Under the pieces are notes generated by a model. That model was not told the origin of the DNA. It made no database searches and worked only from the letters and a program-made list of their open reading frames with translations. Positions 26,300-37,467 of a stretch of 37,467 nt of DNA are shown one piece after another. Position 1 is the stretch's first letter; each line of letters begins with the position of its first letter. Both the position numbers and the translations under genes were made by a program. Origin of the DNA: a virus (Duplodnaviria; Heunggongvirae; Uroviricota; Caudoviricetes); the IMG/VR virus record IMGVR_UViG_2563366946_000012. One strand, 5' to 3'.

Positions 26300-26707
26300 T
26301 TAACCCACATTTTTTAACCGCTCAATCGTTGCGGATAATTCCTTCAGTTGTTTTTCCATCTCAATCACACGCTGTTTTTCTTCAGCGCCTCGCATGAGAT
26401 CTCGCCGAACCTCAGGATCTAACTGGTTTAGAAGTTCAAGCATTTTAAGGTCTGACGGGCTGAATTGATGTTGTGTTGGTACAGCAACAATTTCTTTAGA
26501 TGGAATATGTTCTTTACCGGTAAGTAGCCAATCGATCGATACACCCAAATGGGTGCTTAGCGCAACAAGAGCCTCTGCGTTTGGTTCTCTCTCTCCACGC
26601 AAATAGTTTTGAAGTGAGCGATATGGAATTTTTGATAAGTCAGATAATGCCTTTATTGTCATGCCATTAGCATCCATCACTTCACGCAATCTCTCTTTTG
26701 TACTCAT
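26300..26707 (-). CDS. Prophage repressor, XRE-type helix-turn-helix
   Basis: From the internal ATG (MSTKERLREVMDANGMTIKALSDLSKIPYRSLQNYLRGEREPNAEALVALSTHLGVSIDWLLTG…) an HTH-type DNA-binding domain plus C-terminal coiled coil; divergent from the early operon. The track N-terminal extension (TTG start at 26803) is implausible. Confidence 0.7.
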   Translation of the reverse strand: MSTKERLREVMDANGMTIKALSDLSKIPYRSLQNYLRGEREPNAEALVALSTHLGVSIDWLLTGKEHIPSKEIVAVPTQHQFSPSDLKMLELLNQLDPEVRRDLMRGAEEKQRVIEMEKQLKELSATIERLKNVG

Positions 26708-26789
26708 TTGAACACATCTCAATTTGACACACTCATTTGGGTGTGTACAATAGACCCAATAGAGTACATCATAACCTAACAGGAACACG
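26708..26789. promoter_or_regulatory. Divergent repressor/early promoter-operator region
   Basis: 82-bp gap between divergent repressor and ner-like genes containing the inverted repeat ACACAC-n8-GTGTGT and the adjacent palindrome TGTACA. Confidence 0.5.
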
Positions 26790-26795
26790 GTGCAT

Positions 26796-27020
26796 ATGAA
26801 CAAACAACAAGTTCGGGCACGGCTGGTTGAACGAGGCAGTAGCTTGCGCCAGTTCGCGCTTAACGCGGGCTATGAACCACGAACAGTCACCCAGGCAGTC
26901 AGTCGCTGGGCTGGTAAAAGTGAACTACCTCGCGGTCGTTTGACTTATCGGATTTTGCGAGATCTATCGGTTGCAATAGGTAAAGAAGTTACCCCCGGTA
27001 TCCTTAAGGAGGCGTCATGA
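26796..27020 (+). CDS. ner: Ner-like DNA-binding early regulator
   Basis: …LRQFALNAGYEPRTVTQAVSRW… resembles the Mu Ner HTH; first gene of the early operon, about 75 aa. Confidence 0.65.
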   Translation: MNKQQVRARLVERGSSLRQFALNAGYEPRTVTQAVSRWAGKSELPRGRLTYRILRDLSVAIGKEVTPGILKEAS

Positions 27021-27325
27021 ATAAACCAAATACATCAAGCTCAGGTACCCGTATTTTGCGCGTTCTTAAGGCCTTACGTGGCCACGCTTTGAACGGTGTT
27101 TCTAACGGGGAACTAGCGGTTGCACTGCACGAATCACCGGCAAACATCAACCGGGCACTTAACACGCTCATTGAAGAAGGGTTGGCTCTGAAACTAGAAA
27201 ACGGGCGTTTCGCACCAGGCATCCAGTTGCTGCAGATCGCCATGGCCCACAGTAACGAGATGGCACGTGCACAGGATCGCATTAACGAAATCAACCAACG
27301 TGTTATTTCAGGTAGTCGTTTGTAA
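27017..27325 (+). CDS. Winged-helix DNA-binding protein (IclR/MarR-like HTH)
   Basis: 102 aa; …ILRVLKALRGHALNGVSNGELAVALHESPANINRALNTLIEEGLA… looks like a wHTH; ATGA overlap with ner. Confidence 0.45.
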   Translation: MNKPNTSSSGTRILRVLKALRGHALNGVSNGELAVALHESPANINRALNTLIEEGLALKLENGRFAPGIQLLQIAMAHSNEMARAQDRINEINQRVISGSRL

Positions 27326-27335
27326 GGAGTAATCA

Positions 27336-28247
27336 ATGGGACGCACCAAATCACCGGTTAGCACTGAACTGAACGTCGAGGTACCGCTGTCGGATGATCT
27401 CAATGTCAGTCTAAACGCCATGACACAGCATCGCATGGAAATCATGCAACAGTTCGGCGATGGTCTGCCCTATGAGCGCGATCGTGTTGTCCATGAGGCA
27501 CGCTTTTATATGGCACAGAGCGCTGAGGCCATGCTGGAGGCAGGTAAGCGGCTGATAATCCTTAAGGAAAATGAACCACACGGGGAGTTTATAAAGATTC
27601 TTGAAAGTGAGTTGGGGCTGGCATACCGGACATCTGTGAGAATGATGCAAGCATCGACAAAATACTTATCCCCGGCGCTGAAACCAAATGTGCCAACGTT
27701 GGCACATTTGGGAAAAGCCAAACTTTTCGAATTAATGACAGAAGACGACGAAGAGCTTGCCGAACTGGCCGACGGCGGCACAGTTGCCGGCCTGACGCTT
27801 GACGACGTTGATCGCATGTCAGTACGTGAATTGCGTCAGGCCCTGCGCGAAGCGCGCGAAACCAACGCAGCACAACAGCGCGTACTCGCTGACAAAAATG
27901 AAAAAATAGACTCACTCTCCACCAGACTGGAGAAGAAATCCCGTATTCAGCCGCCTGAGCCTGATGAAGAGGTTAAGAAGCTGCGGGCGGAAGTGACAGC
28001 ATTAGCGGTTGAGGCGGAATCTGCTATCGCCGTTCGACTGTCCAGCGCTTTTGAGACGCTGTGCGCATATTGTGCTGAAAACATGATTGATACCCCCAGA
28101 GACTTCATGGCAGGCCTGGTCTGTCAACTGGAAAGCACAGCGCGTAGCCTGCGCTCCACATTTGACCTGCCGGATGAGCCAACAGGCAATGCCGCGCCTT
28201 CATGGCTGACTGAGCCGACGCCACAGATTAACGGGCTGGAGGCATAA
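27336..28247 (+). CDS. Hypothetical early protein
   Basis: 303-aa ORF with strong RBS (AAGGAG) upstream of the transposase; acidic, helical; no family recognised. Confidence 0.45.
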   Translation: MGRTKSPVSTELNVEVPLSDDLNVSLNAMTQHRMEIMQQFGDGLPYERDRVVHEARFYMAQSAEAMLEAGKRLIILKENEPHGEFIKILESELGLAYRTSVRMMQASTKYLSPALKPNVPTLAHLGKAKLFELMTEDDEELAELADGGTVAGLTLDDVDRMSVRELRQALREARETNAAQQRVLADKNEKIDSLSTRLEKKSRIQPPEPDEEVKKLRAEVTALAVEAESAIAVRLSSAFETLCAYCAENMIDTPRDFMAGLVCQLESTARSLRSTFDLPDEPTGNAAPSWLTEPTPQINGLEA

Positions 28248-28250
28248 CCA

Positions 28251-30020
28251 ATGAATGCTGCCCTGACTGAACGACTGGTTTATGTCGCCCGCGCGGCACG
28301 TGACGCGGGGCATGGTAAACGCGGTGCAATATACGACGCTGCCTGTGCTGAACTTGGCATGTCCCGCGCCACTCTGCTGCGCAGGCTGAAGGAGGTCTCT
28401 GTGACTGATAAACGCAAAAAACGCGCTGATGCCGGACGCAGCGCCCTGACCCGCGACGAAGCCGCGCTGATATCTGCCACACTGCGTGAGGCCACCCGCA
28501 AGAACGGTAAACGCCTCTATTCCATCGCAGATGCAGTGGAAACCCTGCGGGCTAACGGCTTTATCACCGCAGGCAGAACAGATGAAACCACCGGTGAGTT
28601 TTTCCCGTTGTCTGAAGATGCCATCAGCCGTGCTCTGCGTAACTATGGCCTGCACCCGGAACAACTGGATGCTCCTGCACCGCATACCGAAGTGGCCAGT
28701 CTGCACCCCAATCATGTCTGGCAGATTGACGCCTCACTCTGCACGCTTTACTACCTGAGCAATGGACATAAAGGGCTGCAGGTGATGGACAGAGCGAAGT
28801 TCTACAAGAACAAGCCCGCTAACCTTGCCCGTATCGCCAGTGACCGCGTGTGGAGTTACGAGATTACCGACCATGCCAGCGGCTGGATTTACGTTGAGTA
28901 TGTGACGGGCGCGGAATCAGGTGAGAACCTGTGTTCTGTGCTTATCAACGCCATGCAGGAGCGTGGCGGCGCAGACGTGCTGCACGGTGTGCCGAAAATA
29001 CTCTATCTCGACCCCGGCTCGGCAAACACCGCGGGTATGACGAAAAACATGTGCCGCTCACTGGGCATCGACCTGATAGCGCACAAGCCGCATAACGCCC
29101 GCGCCACCGGACAGGTGGAAAAGGCGCGGGACATTATCGAACGCAAGCTGGAGCCGGGTCTGAAGTTCCGGCCGGTTCACAGTCTGGAAGAACTCAACGC
29201 GCTGGCCGCGAAATGGCGCAGCCACTTTAACGCCACGGCTGTTCACAGCCGCCACGGTAAAACCCGCACGGATATCTGGCTGAAGATTACTGCTGAGCAG
29301 CTGAAAAAAGCGCCTCCCGTTGAGGTATGTCGTGAACTGGCTGTGGCGGCACCAGAACTCCGCAAAGTCACGCCAAAACTTCGTGTCTCGTTCCGGGGCA
29401 CTGAATTTGACGTATCAACGGTACCGGGCGTACTGGTTGGTGAAAAACTGATGATTACCCGTAACCCATGGCGCAGCGATGTGGCACAGGTGGTTCTGAC
29501 CGGTGAGGACGGCCACGAGACGTTCTTCCTGGTCGAAGAGGTCAGAAAGAACGAGTTTGGCTTTGCTGAAGGCGCGGCGGTATTTGGCGAAAGTTACAAA
29601 GCCCTGCCGGAAACCCCGGCACAGATGGCGGCAAAAGAAACCGAAGCGCTGGTTACCGGTACAGACAACGCCGCAGATGCAGCCGCCGCACGCAAGGCGA
29701 AGGCGCTGCCGTTCGGCGGGCGGCTTGACCCGTATAAACATATCGACGACACCACACTTCCGGCCTATATGCCGAAGCGTGGTCAGGCCTCTGACGTACG
29801 CGGGCCGCGCACTGAACAACGTCCCATGACTCATGTGGAGGCCGCGAAAGCCCTGCGCGATAAGTTCAGCGCCGACGGCCTTACCTGGACGCCGGAACAT
29901 TACCGCCAGTTAACGGCACAGTACCCGGACGGCGTACCGGAAGCCGCACTGGATGAAGTCATGGCCACGCTGACCACACCGGCCCGCAGCAGTGTTATCA
30001 GCATTGTTAACGGCAACTGA
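28251..30020 (+). CDS. DDE transposase (MuA-like / rve-type integrase core)
   Basis: 589 aa; candidate catalytic triad in …HVWQIDASLCTLYY…, …ILYLDPGSANTAG…, …ATGQVEKARDI…; followed by the ATPase partner. Confidence 0.8.
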   Translation: MNAALTERLVYVARAARDAGHGKRGAIYDAACAELGMSRATLLRRLKEVSVTDKRKKRADAGRSALTRDEAALISATLREATRKNGKRLYSIADAVETLRANGFITAGRTDETTGEFFPLSEDAISRALRNYGLHPEQLDAPAPHTEVASLHPNHVWQIDASLCTLYYLSNGHKGLQVMDRAKFYKNKPANLARIASDRVWSYEITDHASGWIYVEYVTGAESGENLCSVLINAMQERGGADVLHGVPKILYLDPGSANTAGMTKNMCRSLGIDLIAHKPHNARATGQVEKARDIIERKLEPGLKFRPVHSLEELNALAAKWRSHFNATAVHSRHGKTRTDIWLKITAEQLKKAPPVEVCRELAVAAPELRKVTPKLRVSFRGTEFDVSTVPGVLVGEKLMITRNPWRSDVAQVVLTGEDGHETFFLVEEVRKNEFGFAEGAAVFGESYKALPETPAQMAAKETEALVTGTDNAADAAAARKAKALPFGGRLDPYKHIDDTTLPAYMPKRGQASDVRGPRTEQRPMTHVEAAKALRDKFSADGLTWTPEHYRQLTAQYPDGVPEAALDEVMATLTTPARSSVISIVNGN

Positions 30021-30030
30021 GGAGGGAAAC

Positions 30031-31197
30031 ATGCTGGTACTGAAGCAGCAACTGAAAGAGGCCCGTATTCCACAGGCGGTGGTGGCGAGAGCTGTCGATG
30101 TTTCTGAGGCCACGCTGGCCCAGATTGTGAATCATAACGCGTGGCCCCGCACCAGCCCCGGAGAAGTGCGCCGGCGTCTTGCGTCCTGGCTGGAAAGTCA
30201 GGGGATTGATACAACGAAGAGTTTTGATGCTGTACAGGGCGCGGCCACGCCCCGTACAGCGGGTACCACAGATAAAACGAGCCTCAGTGAGGAAGAGAAT
30301 ATGTTACTCAAAAAACAGGTGTTATTTCCAGCAACCAAAAAAGCGTTTGGTCTTTTCCGTGACCCGTTCGCCGACGAAGCCATGCAGGGTTCTGATGATG
30401 TGTTCACCACCCCGGACATTCGCTACGTGCGTGAGGCGTTGTACCAGACAGCCCGTCATGGTGGGTTTATGGCCGTCATCGGTGAGTCCGGTGCGGGTAA
30501 ATCCACGCTGCGCCGTGACCTGACTGAACGTATCAACCGCGAGAATGCGCCGGTGATTGTTATCGAGCCATACATCATCGCTATGGAAGACAACGATGTG
30601 AAAGGGAAAACCCTGAAGGCAGCAGCGATTGCCGAAGCCATTATCAGTACCATCGCACCACTGGAAAGCATCAGACGCAGTCAGGACGCCCGCTTTCGCC
30701 AGCTGCATCGCGTCCTGAAAGACAGCAGCCAGGCGGGGTTCAGCCACGTTCTGGTGATTGAGGAGGCCCACAGTCTGCCCATTCCGACACTGAAACACCT
30801 CAAACGCTTTTTTGAGCTGGAGTCCGGTTTCAAAAAACTGCTGTCCATCGTGCTGATTGGCCAGCCGGAACTGGCGACAAAACTGTCTGAACGCAATATG
30901 GAAGTCCGTGAAGTCGTTCAGCGCTGTGAGGTGGTCGAACTTCTGCCTCTGGACAATAACCTTGAAGAGTTTCTGACGTTCAAACTGCAACGGGCCGGTA
31001 AACAACTGACGGACATTATGGACGCCAGTGCAGTGGATGCCATACGTACCCGCCTGAGCAATCCGGGAAGTCATCGTAAAAATATGGTCAGCCTGCTGTA
31101 TCCGCTGGCCGTCAGTAACCTGGTAATAGCCGCCATGAATCTGGCCGCTGAAATCGGGGTTCCACAGGTCAACGCTGACGTTGTCAAAGGGGTTTAA
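30031..31197 (+). CDS. Transposition ATPase (MuB/TniB-like AAA+)
   Basis: Walker A GESGAGKST and Walker B-like HVLVIEEAH; ATG at 30031 preceded by GGAGGG (the track ORF begins earlier at an alternative start). Confidence 0.8.
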   Translation: MLVLKQQLKEARIPQAVVARAVDVSEATLAQIVNHNAWPRTSPGEVRRRLASWLESQGIDTTKSFDAVQGAATPRTAGTTDKTSLSEEENMLLKKQVLFPATKKAFGLFRDPFADEAMQGSDDVFTTPDIRYVREALYQTARHGGFMAVIGESGAGKSTLRRDLTERINRENAPVIVIEPYIIAMEDNDVKGKTLKAAAIAEAIISTIAPLESIRRSQDARFRQLHRVLKDSSQAGFSHVLVIEEAHSLPIPTLKHLKRFFELESGFKKLLSIVLIGQPELATKLSERNMEVREVVQRCEVVELLPLDNNLEEFLTFKLQRAGKQLTDIMDASAVDAIRTRLSNPGSHRKNMVSLLYPLAVSNLVIAAMNLAAEIGVPQVNADVVKGV

Positions 31198-31199
31198 TA

Positions 31200-31469
31200 A
31201 TGAAATCCACCACAGGTATCAACCAGCAAATCAGTAAAGTGCAGTCAGCCATTATGGCGCTTAAGGCGACGAACACGGATGTACAAAGCATCACCATCAG
31301 GGGTAACAAACCTGTCATCCGCGTTTCCAGGAGTGCGCATTGCATGCGCATGCTTGAGCAGGGAAAGGCCTGTTATCTGTATACCGGACATGACCACAGG
31401 GGATATTTCCGTCAGGGCGTTTTCGAACTGCACGGCTGTCGCGTCGTGTGGCCGGAATCTTTGTGGTAA
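31200..31469 (+). CDS. Hypothetical early protein
   Basis: 89-aa ORF coupled to the ATPase gene; Cys/His-containing. Confidence 0.35.
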   Translation: MKSTTGINQQISKVQSAIMALKATNTDVQSITIRGNKPVIRVSRSAHCMRMLEQGKACYLYTGHDHRGYFRQGVFELHGCRVVWPESLW

Positions 31470-31496
31470 TCAGCACAACTGGAGAAATCATAAAAA

Positions 31497-32027
31497 ATGG
31501 CAAAAAGTACAAAAGGTGCAAAACGTATCAAGGCCGCAGCAGCACTCTGGGTGCCGGGGACACGTGAAGAGGTCATTGAGGGAATCAGACTACTCGGTGA
31601 CGCACAACGTGAACTGGTCAGGGCTGAAACAGAAATGAATGACGCCATTGGCGATATCACCGCACGTTATGCCACGCTCACCGAGAGCCTGAAAAAACGC
31701 ATGGCCGAACTGCAGTCCGGTATTCAGACATGGTGTGAGGCACACCGTGATGAACTGACCGGCAACGGGAAGGTGAAGTTCGCTAACCTCACCACCGGCG
31801 AGGTGCAGTGGCGAAACCGTCCGCCATCAGTCAGTATCCGTGGGGCGGATAATGTTATTGAATTACTGAGACGTCTGGGGCTTGAGCGCTTTATTCGTGT
31901 AAAAGAGGAAATAAATAAAGACGCTATCCTGAATGAAAAAGAGGCCGTGAAAAATATTCCCGGTATTTCCATTAAAAGCGACATTGAGGATTTTTCAATA
32001 ATTCCTTTTGAGCAGGATGTGCAGTAA
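31497..32027 (+). CDS. gam: Gam-like host-nuclease inhibitor (DNA-end-binding)
   Basis: 176 aa; MAKSTKGAKRIKAAAALWVPGTREEVIEGIRLLGDAQRELVRAETEMNDAIGDITARY… resembles Mu Gam in sequence and length; GGAG RBS. Confidence 0.75.
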   Translation: MAKSTKGAKRIKAAAALWVPGTREEVIEGIRLLGDAQRELVRAETEMNDAIGDITARYATLTESLKKRMAELQSGIQTWCEAHRDELTGNGKVKFANLTTGEVQWRNRPPSVSIRGADNVIELLRRLGLERFIRVKEEINKDAILNEKEAVKNIPGISIKSDIEDFSIIPFEQDVQ

Positions 32028-32124
32028 ACACACCACGTTAATTATTTAATAAAAACATTTTCTTTTTTATTCCGGCGTCAGCGCCGCGGGCTTCTGCACG
32101 CCGGAAACAGAGGAGAATTAAATC

Positions 32125-32319
32125 ATGATATTTAAATGTATTCAGTGCGAGAGGGATATAACAGCCCTGCGTTTTCACAGCGCCATCGCCGTGATGTCCG
32201 GTAAATACCACATCCCTGCGGTACGCGTCACCCTGGTCTGCCCGTACTGCAGCCAGCATTTTTCGGCAGACGTGCCCGTCATGGAATTCTCCCGCCCTGA
32301 CAGGGAGGACTCGCAATGA
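32125..32319 (+). CDS. Small zinc-ribbon protein
   Basis: 64 aa with CxxC (CIQCE) and CxxC (CPYC) pairs; AGGAG RBS. Confidence 0.4.
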   Translation: MIFKCIQCERDITALRFHSAIAVMSGKYHIPAVRVTLVCPYCSQHFSADVPVMEFSRPDREDSQ

Positions 32320-32588
32320 TTACCCCACAGGAAGCACGACAGCGCACCCGATCCCTTGTTGAACACTATGTCAACGAGTGTGAATGCCGCGACCTCACCG
32401 ATGTGAAGCACGTCCTGACGGCGCTAATCAGCATGACCGCTCAGGCCATTGTGGCGACCAACGGAAAGGCGGCTGCCCTGCAGGTACTGGTGAACACACT
32501 AACCCACACGGCAGCGCATGAGGTGCCGTACCGGATGGAAACCACTGCAGAAGGCGGTCTGCACATCACCGTCAGCCGGAAGCACTGA
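32316..32588 (+). CDS. Hypothetical early protein
   Basis: 90-aa ORF, ATGA-coupled to the preceding gene. Confidence 0.35.
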   Translation: MITPQEARQRTRSLVEHYVNECECRDLTDVKHVLTALISMTAQAIVATNGKAAALQVLVNTLTHTAAHEVPYRMETTAEGGLHITVSRKH

Positions 32589-32597
32589 GGGCGCAGC

Positions 32598-32903
32598 ATG
32601 ACACGGTACACCATACTCACCCGCACCGCCCTCTACCGTCTGGCCCTGCAGCGTTTCGGGCCGGACGCACAGGCCCTGAAACTGACAGAAGAGGCCGCTG
32701 AACTGGCAGCCTGTGCTGCCCGCAACCTGAACGGACAGGGCAGTGAAAGTGACCTCGCGGCAGAGCTGGCAGACGTGGAAATCATGACAGAGCAGTTGCG
32801 CCTTCAGGGGATGGACCGGCTGATTGACTTCCACAAACAGAAAAAACTGGAACGCCTTGCCGCACGGCTGGGCGTCATGTACACCGGAGATACTGAACAA
32901 TGA
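32598..32903 (+). CDS. Possible MazG-like nucleotide pyrophosphohydrolase domain protein
   Basis: 101 aa; acidic helix motifs (…LTEEAAELAA…AAELADVEIMTEQL…) reminiscent of the EExxE-type MazG fold. Weak call. Confidence 0.35.
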   Translation: MTRYTILTRTALYRLALQRFGPDAQALKLTEEAAELAACAARNLNGQGSESDLAAELADVEIMTEQLRLQGMDRLIDFHKQKKLERLAARLGVMYTGDTEQ

Positions 32904-33583
32904 CAGACCTGGATAAACACATTGAAAAACTGAAAAAGTTGCTGGCGCTGGCAGCATCCGGCAACCCGTATGAGGCTGCTCTGGCACTGCGCCGCGCCCG
33001 TAAACTGATGGATGTTCACGGCATCACACATTCCGACATCGCCATGAGTGATATTGATGAAACCATCAGTCACTACTGGCCGACAGGCAGCCTCCGTCCA
33101 CCGCGCTACATGCTGGGCCTGATGAACATCATCCGCGAGGCATTTGGTGTTAACTCCATCATTCACCCCGGCACATATCCGGGTGTGGGGTTCTACGGCA
33201 ACCGGGAACGGGCCGCACTGGCTGCGTACACCTGGGAAGTGCTGGCCCGCCAGCTGAAAAAGGCGCGTCAACAGTATATCAGCGCACAGAACAAAAGAAT
33301 AAAAACTGCCACCCGTACCAGCCGTGGTGACCAGTTTGCTGAAGGCTGGGTGCTGGCCGTTATCAGTGAAATACAGTCCTTCGCCCTGACCGATGACGAA
33401 CGTGAACTGATGCAGCAGTGGCTGGAACATAAATACCCGCAAACGCAAACCACCAGGGCGCGTAAACCGGGAAGAAGCCGCAATGGCGACGCCTCGCGCT
33501 ATGCGGGGTTTCGTGAAGGGCAGAACGTCAGACTGCACCGCCCGGTCAGTGGGCAGGAACAACAGAAACTGGAGGCCAGATGA
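32900..33583 (+). CDS. Hypothetical phage protein (DUF2786-like N-terminus)
   Basis: 227 aa; N-terminal …IEKLKKLLALAASGNPYEAALALRRARKLMDVHGIT… motif common in phage early proteins. Confidence 0.4.
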   Translation: MTDLDKHIEKLKKLLALAASGNPYEAALALRRARKLMDVHGITHSDIAMSDIDETISHYWPTGSLRPPRYMLGLMNIIREAFGVNSIIHPGTYPGVGFYGNRERAALAAYTWEVLARQLKKARQQYISAQNKRIKTATRTSRGDQFAEGWVLAVISEIQSFALTDDERELMQQWLEHKYPQTQTTRARKPGRSRNGDASRYAGFREGQNVRLHRPVSGQEQQKLEAR

Positions 33584-33810
33584 TTACGCTATCAGGTAAC
33601 AGCCGGAAATTAAAAGCCTGCCGAATATCTGCCAGATACCTTTTTGCCCGCGCCTTTTTTAAGAACGTCAGGCCGGGGATCACAATTGGTGTTATTGCCG
33701 GACGCGAACAGGTTGAAAAATACATGTCAGGTGCATGGTGGAATAACGCCCCTGTCATTGCTGCCCGTAATATTCATATCAGTTGGGGGGATATTCAGAA
33801 TGACGGCTGA
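33580..33810 (+). CDS. Hypothetical small protein
   Basis: 76-aa ORF, ATGA-coupled to the upstream gene. Confidence 0.3.
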   Translation: MITLSGNSRKLKACRISARYLFARAFFKNVRPGITIGVIAGREQVEKYMSGAWWNNAPVIAARNIHISWGDIQNDG

Positions 33811-34015
33811 ATCTGTTGTATGTGCCCTGTTCTGGTATTGTTTTGTCGGTTGGTGTACTGCTGAACTGCACCGCCGTTCAGGGTTTTATTCACGTTACAG
33901 TGGTGCCGGCTACTGGATTAGCTGGTCGGTGATGTTCCTGTGCTGGCCTGTGGCGCTTCCTTTATATGTCGATTATATCGGTGGCGCAGGTAAAAGGAGC
34001 AACGATGATGACTAA
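33800..34015 (+). CDS. Small two-helix membrane protein
   Basis: Internal ATG of the 123-aa track ORF gives MTAESVVCALFWYCFVGWCTAEL…WISWSVMFLCWPVALPLY… (about 71 aa, two hydrophobic helices), overlapping the neighbouring genes. Confidence 0.3.
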   Translation: MTAESVVCALFWYCFVGWCTAELHRRSGFYSRYSGAGYWISWSVMFLCWPVALPLYVDYIGGAGKRSNDDD

Positions 34016-34457
34016 ACAACGTCTTATCCAGCTCATTCATATTGCCCGTAATGAACTGGGTATGGATGAAGACACCTACCGCCAGATGTTACAGGGGCTG
34101 ACCGGTAAAGCCTCAACCAAAGGAATGGATACCACACAACTAAACTGCGTGCTGGAATCCATGAAAAGGAAAGGCTTTCGCGTTAAGCCTGCCAGAAAAG
34201 CCAGCTCCGGTTTACCGCTGGATAACCATCCGCAGTCCAGGAAAATCCGTGCGCTATGGCTTGAAATGGCTGCTGCCGGCATTGTTCGTGACCGTTCAGA
34301 AAATGCATTAGCGCGGTGGATCAAGCGGGAAACGGGCATCAGCGCCCTGCGCTGGCTCAATACTGAACAGGCAAGCAGTGTTATTGAGAAACTGAAGAAG
34401 TGGCAGCACAGAGCTGCGGGAGTAAAACATGAGCGACCTGAATCAGTTTCGAAGTAA
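34005..34457 (+). CDS. gemA: GemA-like regulatory protein (Mu gp16 family)
   Basis: MMTKQRLIQLIHIARNELGMDEDTYRQMLQGLTGKASTKGMDTTQLNCVLESMKRKGF… resembles GemA; ATG preceded by AAAGGAG. Confidence 0.65.
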   Translation: MMTKQRLIQLIHIARNELGMDEDTYRQMLQGLTGKASTKGMDTTQLNCVLESMKRKGFRVKPARKASSGLPLDNHPQSRKIRALWLEMAAAGIVRDRSENALARWIKRETGISALRWLNTEQASSVIEKLKKWQHRAAGVKHERPESVSK

Positions 34458-34818
34458 AGGGCCGGAACTCTTGGTGGAGCTGGCACAGCATACCTCTGAG
34501 ACCGTTCGCGAGATTATTGATATTGAGCCCGCAATTGCCGACCAGATTGGTCAGGCCGTCGCGAACCGCATGATGCAGGTCTGGGGCGGGCAAAACGTTT
34601 ATTTCCCGATGGGCATGGTATGGAAGGTCAGTCAGCGCGACCGGGAAATCTTCAGGGAGTTTAACGGACGTAACCACCATGAACTGGCCCGCAAATTTGG
34701 TGTTTCGCTTCAGTGGGTCTACAGCGTGGTTAAGCGGGTAAGAAAAGAAGAACTGGATCGGATGCAGGGCAAGCTATTTGCTGATGAACCCGATGTAGAT
34801 ACGGAGAAAAAAGAGTAA
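34429..34818 (+). CDS. mor: Mor-family transcriptional activator (middle operon regulator)
   Basis: 129 aa; …QVWGGQNVYFPMG…RDREIFREFNGRNHHELARKFGVSLQWVYSVVKRVRKE… matches the Mor/C-family C-terminal HTH pattern; last gene before the prophage end. Confidence 0.75.
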   Translation: MSDLNQFRSKGPELLVELAQHTSETVREIIDIEPAIADQIGQAVANRMMQVWGGQNVYFPMGMVWKVSQRDREIFREFNGRNHHELARKFGVSLQWVYSVVKRVRKEELDRMQGKLFADEPDVDTEKKE

Positions 34819-34847
34819 TATCTGCAATCAGGCTGGAGCGAGTTCTG

Positions 34848-37467
<2,620 letters not shown>

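Noticed and set aside
26708-26803. N-terminal 32-aa extension of the repressor ORF (MFICTVFLLGYDVLYWVYCTHPNECVKLRCVQ) from an upstream TTG
   Set aside because: The extension runs through the divergent operator region and is hydrophobic and Cys-rich; the internal ATG gives a standard-length HTH repressor.
28200-28715. 171-aa minus-strand ORF antisense to the start of the transposase gene (and similar antisense ORFs 29415..29900, 30322..31074)
   Set aside because: Fully embedded antisense in well-supported early genes, Cys/Arg-rich translations typical of GC-rich antisense frames, no RBS context.

Overview
About 35 kb of this window is the right-hand portion of a Mu-like transposable prophage, and the last 2.5 kb is the 5' part of a host lipoprotein gene (sslE/yghJ-like) that the prophage appears to have interrupted. 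On the minus strand, positions 1-23039 hold a single late operon read right to left: holin, SAR-type SLT endolysin, embedded spanin pair, Mu gp25/26/27-like genes, large terminase, portal, Mu F/G/I/T head genes, sheath, tube, tail chaperone, tape measure, baseplate genes and the N-terminal part of a repeat-rich tail fiber gene that runs off the window start. Positions 23040-26790 are an accessory/immunity region: an orphan Dam-like N6-adenine methyltransferase (plus strand), then on the minus strand an HTH repressor followed immediately by a visibly AT-rich two-gene cassette. That cassette (a YejK/NdpA-like NA37 protein plus a protein with two C-terminal transmembrane helices) is my best candidate for a previously undescribed lysogen-expressed defence or exclusion system. 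Positions 26790-34818 are a translationally coupled early operon on the plus strand (Ner-like, winged-helix regulator, DDE transposase, MuB-like ATPase, Gam, small accessory genes, GemA, Mor) that ends about 130 bp from the prophage terminus. No rRNA, tRNA or CRISPR array was seen. All family assignments come from reading the translated ORFs and recalled motifs, not from database searches; hand-derived coordinates (hairpins, internal starts, repeat boundaries) are approximate to a few bp.
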